Assembly: GCA_900234795.1 (NCBI GenBank)
Contig: LT962688.1
Location: forward strand, 1,230,001 to 1,262,000
Length of the DNA: 32,000 nt
Direction: 5' to 3'
Source: Methylorubrum extorquens
GTDB taxonomy: Bacteria; Pseudomonadota; Alphaproteobacteria; Rhizobiales; Beijerinckiaceae
Shown here in pieces: positions 23,064-30,640 of this stretch (position 1 is its first letter; every line of letters starts with the position of its first letter). The notes under the pieces are model-generated. The model was not told where the DNA came from, ran no database searches, and was given only the letters and a program-made list of their open reading frames with translations. Made by a program: the position numbers and the translations under genes.

Positions 23064-24638
23064 ATGGCCGCCAGCGCGACCCTCGCCGCAAGCCCTGCCG
23101 CCGACCCGCCCCTCGACCGCCGCATGGTGGCGTTCCTGTGCATGGTGTTCGGGATGTTCATGGCGATCCTCGACATCCAGATCGTCTCGGCCTCGCTCAA
23201 CGAGATCCAGGCCGGCCTCTCGGCCTCCGGCGACGAGATCCCCTGGGTGCAGACGAGCTACCTCATCGCCGAGGTCATCTCGATCCCGCTCTCGGGCACC
23301 CTGTCGCGGGTGCTCTCGACGCGCTGGATGTTCTCGATCTCGGCCGCCGGCTTCACGCTGATGAGCCTGATGTGCGCCACCTCCTCGTCGATCGGCGAAA
23401 TGATCGTCTGGCGCGCGCTCCAGGGCTTCATCGGCGGCGGCATGATCCCGACCGTGTTCGCTGCGGCGTTCACGATCTTCCCGCCCTCCAAGCGCTCGAT
23501 CGTCTCGCCGATGATCGGCCTCGTCGCGACGCTGGCGCCGACCATCGGCCCGACCATCGGCGGCTACCTCACCGACCTGTTCTCTTGGCACTGGCTGTTC
23601 CTCATCAACATCGTGCCGGGCATCTTCGTCACGATCTCGACCTTCCTCCTGATCGATTTCGACCGGCCGAACTTTGACCTGCTCAAGTCCTTCGATTGGG
23701 CCGGGCTCGCCTTCATGGCGGGCTTCCTCGGCTGCCTCGAATACGTGCTGGAGGAGGGCCCGAACCACGACTGGCTGCAGGACGAGGCGGTGTTCGTCTG
23801 CGCCCTCGTCTGCGTCGTGTCGGGCTTGGCCTTCTTCGCCCGCGTCTTCACCGCGCGCCAGCCGATCGTCGACCTGCGCGCCTTCTCGGACCGCAACTTC
23901 GCCGCCGGCTGCGTCTTCAGCTTCGTGATGGGCATCGGCCTCTATGGCCTGACCTACCTCTACCCGGTCTATCTCGCCCGCGTGCGCGGCTACTCGGCGC
24001 TGCAGATCGGCGAGACGATGTTCGTCTCAGGCCTGTGCATGTTCGCCACCGCGCCGATCGCCGGAAAGCTCTCCGCCAAGCTCGATCCGCGCATCATGAT
24101 GGCGATGGGCTTCTCCGGCTTTGCGGTCGGCACCTGGATCGTCACCGGACTGACCAAGGACTGGGACTTCTGGGAGCTGCTCTGGCCCCAGGTGCTGCGC
24201 GGCTGCTCGCTGATGCTGTGCATGATCCCGATCAACAACATCGCACTCGGCACCCTGCCGCCGGAGCGGATGAAGAACGCCTCGGGCCTGTTCAACCTCA
24301 CGCGCAACCTCGGCGGCGCGGTCGGCCTCGCCCTCATCAACACGGTGCTGAACGCCCGCTGGGACCTCCATCTCGCGCGGCTGCACGAGCGCTTCACCTG
24401 GGCCAACAGCGCCGCGCTGGAACGGCTCGACGCCATGCGGCGCCAGTTCGAGGTGTTCGGGGGCGATGCCAACGGCATGGCACTGAAGGCGCTCAACAAC
24501 ACCGTGCGGATTCAAGGCTTGGTGATGAGCTTCGAGGACGTGTTCCTCGTCCTCACCGTCCTGTTCCTGGCCATGGCCTGCGGCACGCCCCTGATCCGGC
24601 GTCCGCGCGCGGCGGCGCCGGCCGGTGCGGGGCATTGA
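23064..24638 (+). CDS. emrB: EmrB/QacA-family (DHA2, 14-TMS) MFS drug efflux transporter
   Basis: 524 aa. FLCMVFGMFMAILDIQIVSASL..IQ..L, WVQTSYLIAEVISIPLSG, GGGMIP, many TM segments. Confidence 0.95.
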   Translation: MAASATLAASPAADPPLDRRMVAFLCMVFGMFMAILDIQIVSASLNEIQAGLSASGDEIPWVQTSYLIAEVISIPLSGTLSRVLSTRWMFSISAAGFTLMSLMCATSSSIGEMIVWRALQGFIGGGMIPTVFAAAFTIFPPSKRSIVSPMIGLVATLAPTIGPTIGGYLTDLFSWHWLFLINIVPGIFVTISTFLLIDFDRPNFDLLKSFDWAGLAFMAGFLGCLEYVLEEGPNHDWLQDEAVFVCALVCVVSGLAFFARVFTARQPIVDLRAFSDRNFAAGCVFSFVMGIGLYGLTYLYPVYLARVRGYSALQIGETMFVSGLCMFATAPIAGKLSAKLDPRIMMAMGFSGFAVGTWIVTGLTKDWDFWELLWPQVLRGCSLMLCMIPINNIALGTLPPERMKNASGLFNLTRNLGGAVGLALINTVLNARWDLHLARLHERFTWANSAALERLDAMRRQFEVFGGDANGMALKALNNTVRIQGLVMSFEDVFLVLTVLFLAMACGTPLIRRPRAAAPAGAGH

Positions 24639-24947
24639 GGGGTTTCTTCGGGAAGGCGCACCCGGACGGGTTCGCCGTGCGAAGGAGGGTATTCGGAATG
24701 GCGTCGAAAGGCGCGTATGCGGCCGCTCCACGAACTGAAACGCTTTCGGCCGCAGGAGGAAAGAGTTCGACCGAAGCGATCCGGGACGTTCCGGCCGATT
24801 CTTTCATCGACAATCGTTCTCAATCGCTCGCGCCTGCTGATTGCCGCGCCACGCCCGAAGAATAGATGAGGTGCATTGGCCGTTCGAAACGCCGTCGAAG
24901 CGGGCCGCGGACGGCGAAGCTCTTTCGGAGCGAGGGGATCCGCCTTC

Positions 24948-25688
24948 ATGCACGCCACTTGCGATTGCTGCGCCGAGACACGTCCGCCGCATGCCGGCCG
25001 CCGACGTCTCCTGTTCGGGGCAGCGGGCCTTCTCGCTGCGACCGCTCTGCCGAATGGTGTCGTGCGGGCTGCGACGCCCATGGCGAAGACGTCGCTGTCT
25101 CCGGCCGACGCGCTCCGGCTGATGAAGGAAGGCAACGAGAACTTCAGGAACGAGGCGCCCTCACTGGCCGCCAACGGGCGCGAACGCCGGCTCGAACTCG
25201 CCCGCGGCCAAGCCCCCTTCTGCGTTCTGGTGGGCTGCTCCGACAGCAGGGTCTCGCCGGAGATCCTGTTCGGCCGCGGGCTCGGCGAGCTGTTCATCGT
25301 CCGGAACGCCGGTAACACGGTCGATACGGCGGCTTTGGGCAGCATCGAGTATGCCGTCGGGGTCCTCGGGGTGCCCCTCGTCGTCGTGCTCGGCCATCAG
25401 TCCTGTGGCGCCGTCGCGGCCGCCGTCGATGTCGTCGAGAAGAACGCAACCTTCCCCGGCGTCATCGGGGAGATGGTACAGCCCATCGTGCCGGCGGTGC
25501 TGGAGGCCAGGAGCCAGGGCGGCGACCTCCTCGAAGCGTCCGTGCGGAGCAACGCGCGCCGCGTCGCCAAACGGCTCACGACGCAGAGCTTGGTGATTCA
25601 GGACGCGCTCAAGCAGGGCAAGGTGAAGGTCGTGGGTTCCCGCTACGGCCTCTCCGACGGTCAGGTCGAGTGGATGGAAGATATCTGA
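24948..25688 (+). CDS. Beta-class carbonic anhydrase with twin-arginine (Tat) signal peptide
   Basis: Internal ATG of ORF 24876-25688: MHATCDCCAETRPPHAGRRRLLFGAAGLLAATALPNGVVRA.... Zn ligand motifs CSDSR and HQSCGA. GAGGGGA Shine-Dalgarno upstream. Confidence 0.9.
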   Translation: MHATCDCCAETRPPHAGRRRLLFGAAGLLAATALPNGVVRAATPMAKTSLSPADALRLMKEGNENFRNEAPSLAANGRERRLELARGQAPFCVLVGCSDSRVSPEILFGRGLGELFIVRNAGNTVDTAALGSIEYAVGVLGVPLVVVLGHQSCGAVAAAVDVVEKNATFPGVIGEMVQPIVPAVLEARSQGGDLLEASVRSNARRVAKRLTTQSLVIQDALKQGKVKVVGSRYGLSDGQVEWMEDI

Positions 25689-25752
25689 GACGCCGTCCGC
25701 ACCCGGCATCCCGGAGCGGTGCCCCGCGCCGCGGGTATGAAGACGATCGTCT

Positions 25753-27237
25753 CTAGGCCGCCTTCACGCGCGCGGCGCGATCCGGGATGACGATGCGGAA
25801 GCGGGCACCGCCCGCGGTCTCGTCGAGGCAGAGGGTGCCGCCGTTGAGGCGCACCAGCTCCGAGGCGATGGCGAGGCCCAGCCCGGTGCCGCCGGCCCGG
25901 GTCGAGCCCTGGAAGGCGGCGAACAGGTTGGCCTTGGCCCGCTCGGGCACGCCGGGGCCGTTATCGCTCACGAGGATCGTGACCGAACCCACCCCGGGCG
26001 CCCCGCTGCGGACGCCCTCGATCAGCACGCTGCCCTCCGCGGTCCGAGCCGCCGCATGGGCCTGGACCGCGTTGCGCACGAGGTTGGTCAGCGCCCGCAG
26101 GAGCTGTTCGGGATCGACGTCGATCTCGAGATCCGGCGTCGCGCGCACCTCCACGCGGATGCGGGCGGCCGGCATCAGGTCGGCGAGGTCGGTCAACTCT
26201 TCGAGCAGGGGGCCGAGCGCCACCATCCGCCGCTGCGGGTTCGGCTCCGTGGCGCGGCCATAGGCGAGCGTCGCCTCGCAGAAGCGGATCGCCCGGTCGA
26301 GGGTCTCGACGAGGCGCGGCGCGACGCGCTGCACCAGGGGATCGGAGACGCTTTCCAGACGGTCGCCGAGAAGCTGGGCGGTGGTCAGCAGGTTGCGCAG
26401 TTCGTGGTTGATCTTGCTCACCGAGAGGCCGAGCTCGGCCAGCCGCCGCCGCTGGCGCAGCTCGCCGCCGAGCGCCACCTGCATCCGGGCGAGCGCGTTC
26501 TCCGCCTCCCCGATCTCGTCGGTGCGCGCCGTGCGCCGGGCGACCCGGTCGGTCCGCTCGGGGTCGTCGGCGAAGGCGGCGATATCGCGGGCGAGCCGGA
26601 CCACCGGCCGCACGATCGCCCGCTGGAGCACGAAGAACACGAGCCCGGCGGCCAGGGCCGCGATGATGAGGCAGGCGACGAGCAGCCGGAGCGAGAAATC
26701 GGCCAGGGCCGCCCGCAGGGGCCCCTCGTCGAGCAGAACCTCGACGGCGTCGAAGCCGTCCTGGCCGGGTCCGATCGCCCGGATCGGCGCTTCGGTGGAA
26801 AGGAACAGCGTCCGGAAGGTGCCGCCGACCGAGCCCGTCAGGCGTCGCTCGCGCAGATCGACCGTCTCGGCGACCACCGACGGCACCGGTCCGTCGGTGA
26901 GGTAGCGCCACGTCTCGCCGACCCGCACGGCGATGGCGCGGGCGCCGACCCCCATGAGCAGGCGCCGGGCGGTCTCGTCGGGGACCTGCCCCTCGGGGGC
27001 GGCGTTCAGCACGAGGGCGGCGACCCGCGCCGCCGCGACGCGGTCGGAAAGCCGCGACATCCGGTAGGTCGCCACCGCCGGGACGTAGATCAGGATCTCG
27101 GCCAGGACGACGAAGGCGACCGTCAGCAGGAACAGGCGGCCGGACAGGCCGAGCCGGCCGGGCGACCGCGCGGTCGTAGCCGTTGCCTCGCTGTGCCATG
27201 GCAGGGCGGCGATCGCCGCCAGATCATTCTGCGCCAT
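25753..27237 (-). CDS. Orphan membrane sensor histidine kinase
   Basis: Start chosen at MAQNDLAAI (27237); the longest ORF reaches 27288. TM segments, H-box LSVSKINHELRNLLTTAQLL, N-box LTNLVRNAVQA, G-boxes SDNGPGV and GTGLGLAI. No adjacent response regulator. Confidence 0.85.
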   Translation of the reverse strand: MAQNDLAAIAALPWHSEATATTARSPGRLGLSGRLFLLTVAFVVLAEILIYVPAVATYRMSRLSDRVAAARVAALVLNAAPEGQVPDETARRLLMGVGARAIAVRVGETWRYLTDGPVPSVVAETVDLRERRLTGSVGGTFRTLFLSTEAPIRAIGPGQDGFDAVEVLLDEGPLRAALADFSLRLLVACLIIAALAAGLVFFVLQRAIVRPVVRLARDIAAFADDPERTDRVARRTARTDEIGEAENALARMQVALGGELRQRRRLAELGLSVSKINHELRNLLTTAQLLGDRLESVSDPLVQRVAPRLVETLDRAIRFCEATLAYGRATEPNPQRRMVALGPLLEELTDLADLMPAARIRVEVRATPDLEIDVDPEQLLRALTNLVRNAVQAHAAARTAEGSVLIEGVRSGAPGVGSVTILVSDNGPGVPERAKANLFAAFQGSTRAGGTGLGLAIASELVRLNGGTLCLDETAGGARFRIVIPDRAARVKAA

Positions 27238-27410
27238 GTCCGCCGACTCGGGCTGCCGGCCGGGAAACGGAAGGCGGGGCCGTCTCAAGCATCACCCTTC
27301 GTTGTATCGTCCCATTGCGGTTCGAAGGGCGCGCCTCTGCCATCGGCTTCTCCTGTGTCGCACAAGTTGCACGACGATCCGGCGACGCGCCATTCGCTTG
27401 TGCGCAAGTC

Positions 27411-28259
27411 TTATGCGCGAAGCGTCCGCCGCTCAAGCCATCGACGGAGATAAACTGTCAAAAGAGCAAATCCAGCCAAGGCCGCCAGCGCGGCCACCAT
27501 GCCGGGCGTGACCAGTGCGCGGAGATCGATGCCCTTCGAGCAATCCGCCCCCCCGGCCGCGAGACAGGCCGCCTTCACTTCGTCGCGGGTGGCCAGCAGG
27601 TCTTCGAGGCCGGCCCCGAGACCGGCATAGATGAAGGCCCCCGGCGTCAGGCCGAGCAGGGTGGCGAGCGCGAAGGTGCGCAGCGGCACGCCGAAGGCCG
27701 CCGGGGCGAGGTTGGTGATCCAGTAGGGGAAGATCGGCAGCAGCCGCAGGATCAGGATGTAGCCGAAGCCGTCACGGCGAAACCCGTCGGCGAAGCGGCC
27801 GACCCGCGGGCCGGCCTTGCGCCGGATCAGGTCGCCGGCGGCGTAGCGCCCGACCGAGAACACGATCGCCGCCCCCGTCGTGGACGAGGAGATGGCGATC
27901 AGGGCCCCCGTCACAGGGCCGAACAGCAGCCCGGCCAGCACGGTCAGCACCAGCGTCGCCGGCAGCGAGACCACCACCGAGCCGACATAGGCGAGGCAGG
28001 CCAGCGCGATCGCCCGCACCCGGTCCTCGGCGATGAGCCCCTGGAGCCAGACCCGCGACTCGGAGAGCCGGTCGAGATCGAGGAAGCGGGCCCCGCCCGA
28101 GGCGAGGATGCCGACGGAGAGCAGGGCCAGCACCAAGAGCGGGAGCCAGCGCAGCCAGGGCCGGCGCGGCCCCGGCGGCCCTGCCGCAGGATCCGGCCGG
28201 ATCGCCGCGTCGTCGCGCCGGTCCTTCGGACGATCGCCCTCCCCGCCCCCTGGCGTCAT
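27411..28259 (-). CDS. TVP38/TMEM64 (DedA/SNARE-associated) family membrane protein
   Basis: 282 aa. ...SLPATLVLTVLAGLLFGPVTGALIAISSSTTGAAIVFSVGRY...LLPIFPYWITNLAPAAFGVPLRTFALATLLGLTPG. Confidence 0.85.
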   Translation of the reverse strand: MTPGGGEGDRPKDRRDDAAIRPDPAAGPPGPRRPWLRWLPLLVLALLSVGILASGGARFLDLDRLSESRVWLQGLIAEDRVRAIALACLAYVGSVVVSLPATLVLTVLAGLLFGPVTGALIAISSSTTGAAIVFSVGRYAAGDLIRRKAGPRVGRFADGFRRDGFGYILILRLLPIFPYWITNLAPAAFGVPLRTFALATLLGLTPGAFIYAGLGAGLEDLLATRDEVKAACLAAGGADCSKGIDLRALVTPGMVAALAALAGFALLTVYLRRWLERRTLRA

Positions 28260-28297
28260 CGGCCTGCCTCCGCCGGACGGATGTCGCGTGTCCGTCC

Positions 28298-28954
28298 TCA
28301 GCCGCGCTTGCGCATGCGCAGGATCTTGAAGAAGCCGCCGGGGAAGGTCGGCGCGAGGCCGACGACCTCGACGCCGTTGCGCTGGGCCCAGGCCTCGATC
28401 CGGGTCGCCTTGAAGTCCGAGGACCAGCCGATCTTGGTGCAGAGCGGCGCGACGATCTCCTCAACCCGCGCCACCGGCCCGTTCGACTGGCCGAAATGGT
28501 TGGCGAGCACGATGCCGCCGCCGGGGCGCACCACGCGCAGGAACTCGGAGAGCGCGGCTTCCGGGTTCGGCACCAGGGTGATGAGGAACTGTGCCACCAC
28601 GGCGTCGAAGCTCGCATCGGCGTAGCCGAGGCGGCACACATCCATGACCTGGAGGCCCTTCACATGGGTCAGCCCCTTGCGGCGAACCTTGCCGCGGGCG
28701 CGCTTGAGCATGTCCTCGGAGAGATCGACGCCGCAGACGAAGCTGTCGCGGGGATAATAGCCGAGCGACAGGCCGGTGCCGACGCCGGCCTCCAGAACCC
28801 GGGGCCCGTGGGCGACGGCGGCCTCGACGGCGGCGCGGGCGGCCGGCTCGGTGAGCTTGTCATAAACGACATCGTAGACCGGCGCCCAACGGGCATAGGC
28901 CTTGCGCATCAGCTCGGTGGTGGGCCCGGCCTCGGGCGCCCGCTCGCTCAGCAT
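28298..28954 (-). CDS. Class I SAM-dependent methyltransferase, likely phospholipid (phosphatidylethanolamine) N-methyltransferase PmtA type
   Basis: 218 aa. KAYARWAPVYDVVYD..., SAM motif VLEAGVGTGLSL, DLSEDML, LRVVRPGGGIVL, C-terminal GGFFKILRMRK. Lies 38 nt upstream of the TVP38 gene on the same strand. The PmtA assignment is from remembered similarity to rhizobial PmtA. Confidence 0.8.
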   Translation of the reverse strand: MLSERAPEAGPTTELMRKAYARWAPVYDVVYDKLTEPAARAAVEAAVAHGPRVLEAGVGTGLSLGYYPRDSFVCGVDLSEDMLKRARGKVRRKGLTHVKGLQVMDVCRLGYADASFDAVVAQFLITLVPNPEAALSEFLRVVRPGGGIVLANHFGQSNGPVARVEEIVAPLCTKIGWSSDFKATRIEAWAQRNGVEVVGLAPTFPGGFFKILRMRKRG

Positions 28955-29209
28955 CTCACTGTCACCCTCTCAATTATGTCCGGCCTCAAGCGCCGGCAGC
29001 CGCCTGCGCGGCTTTGGCTCTCGCTATTTCGTTCCGCATCGTCCCTTCCCGAAAGCCTGCAACCACCTTTCGGGACGATGCTTGAGCCCCCTCGGCATGG
29101 CCGAGGCCGCTTCGCGGGCGCTCTTCGTGCCTGTCGAGCGGTGCAACCGCTCGAAGAGCGATCGCGGGGTCTGGGAAAACCGAAATCAGCCCAGCGCGAA
29201 GCAACCCCA

Positions 29210-30367
29210 TCAGGCGGCCTCGGCGGCGCCTGCCTGCAACGCGCCGATGCGCCGGATGGTGCCGCCGCCGAGCACCTGCGCGCGCGGGTCGTCATCGGCG
29301 TAGATCACGCAGGCCTGGCCCGGCGAGACCCCGTCCTCGGGAACGAGCAGTTCGACCTCGGCGCAGGACTCGGCCACGTTCCACGACAGACGCGCGGGCC
29401 GCGGCTCGCGGGTCGAGCGCACGCGCACGGCCACGGGCCGCTCCGCGATGTCCTCTGGCGCGCCGTCGCCGAGCCAGTTGAGATCAGTGAGCCGAATGCG
29501 GCGGGTGGCGAGCGCGGCGCGGGGGCCGACCACGACGCGGGCGGTCTCGGGCTCCAGCCGCACCACGTAGAGCGGTTCGCCGGCCGAGAGCTTGAGGCCG
29601 CGGCGCTGGCCCACCGTGTAATGGATGATTCCCTCGTGCTCGCCGAGGCGCCGGCCGTCGAGATCGACGATCTCGCCGGGGCGGGTCGCCTCCGGCCGGA
29701 GCTTGGCGATCACGTCGGCATAGCCGCCCTGGGGCACGAAGCAGATGTCCTGGCTGTCGGCCTTGTCGGCGACGGCGAGGCCCAGTTCCCGTGCCAGGGC
29801 ACGGGTCTCGTCCTTGGGTCGCTCGCCCAGGGGAAAGCGCAGATAGGCGAGCTGTTCCGGTGTCGTGGCGTAGAGGAAGTAGCTCTGGTCGCGGGCCGGA
29901 TCGAGGGCGCGGTAGAGTGCGCGTCCGCCCTCCGGCCGGGCCCGGCTCGCCACGTAATGGCCGGTCGCCAAAGCCTCCGCCCCGAGCTCGCGGGCGAGGC
30001 CGAGCAGGTCGCGGAATTTCACCGAGCGATTGCACTCGACGCAGGGGATCGGCGTCTCGCCCGAGAGGTAGCTGTCGGCGAAGCGGTCGATCACCGATTC
30101 CCGGAAGCGGTCCTCGTAGTCGAGGACGTAGTGCGGAATACCGAGCGTCTCGGCCACCGCCCGCGCATCATGGATGTCGCGGCCGGCGCAGCAGGCGCCC
30201 TTGCGATGGGTCGCCGCGCCGTGATCGTAGAGTTGGAGCGTGACGCCGACGACGTCGTAGCCCTCGCGCTTCAGCAGGCCGGCCACGACCGACGAATCGA
30301 CGCCGCCCGACATGGCAACGACGACGCGCGTCTCGTGCGGGGGCTTCGGGAGATCCAGCGAGTTCAT
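29210..30367 (-). CDS. mnmA: tRNA 2-thiouridine(34) synthase MnmA
   Basis: Start [33 protein letters not shown] (PP-loop SGGxDS)...[27 protein letters not shown]...[11 protein letters not shown]...ATGHYV. The longest ORF extends to 30442. Confidence 0.93.
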   Translation of the reverse strand: MNSLDLPKPPHETRVVVAMSGGVDSSVVAGLLKREGYDVVGVTLQLYDHGAATHRKGACCAGRDIHDARAVAETLGIPHYVLDYEDRFRESVIDRFADSYLSGETPIPCVECNRSVKFRDLLGLARELGAEALATGHYVASRARPEGGRALYRALDPARDQSYFLYATTPEQLAYLRFPLGERPKDETRALARELGLAVADKADSQDICFVPQGGYADVIAKLRPEATRPGEIVDLDGRRLGEHEGIIHYTVGQRRGLKLSAGEPLYVVRLEPETARVVVGPRAALATRRIRLTDLNWLGDGAPEDIAERPVAVRVRSTREPRPARLSWNVAESCAEVELLVPEDGVSPGQACVIYADDDPRAQVLGGGTIRRIGALQAGAAEAA

Positions 30368-30640
30368 GGCCGGTGATGGGGCCGGGTGCCGGCCGTTGGC
30401 GGAGCCTTCGGGCGCGCGCCGGACCGTGGGGTCCGGGCGCATGTCCGGTGTCTATAGCGATCCCGGCCCCGACTTTCCAGGGATGGGGACGACGAGAGCC
30501 GGTTCAAAGCCCGGATCGTGGTCTTGAGCGGCCGGCAAATCCTGCCGAGAGGCCGGCAGATCCCGCCGGGCCGGCGCGAGGCGGCCTTCACCGCCAAAAT
30601 GTTTCTTGTTTTCTATCAGCAATTTGCCCGTCATCGGCAG

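Noticed and set aside
27289-27410. Near-palindromes CTTGTGCGCAAG and GTCGCACAAGTTGCACGAC upstream of the orphan kinase
   Set aside because: They are imperfect, single-copy and short, and I cannot tie them to a known motif such as an FNR/CRP-type TTGAT-N4-ATCAA site. This is too weak to report as a feature.
28496-30376. 626-aa plus-strand ORF
   Set aside because: It is antisense to the methyltransferase and mnmA genes. It spans their intergenic region, which no real gene would do with such composition.
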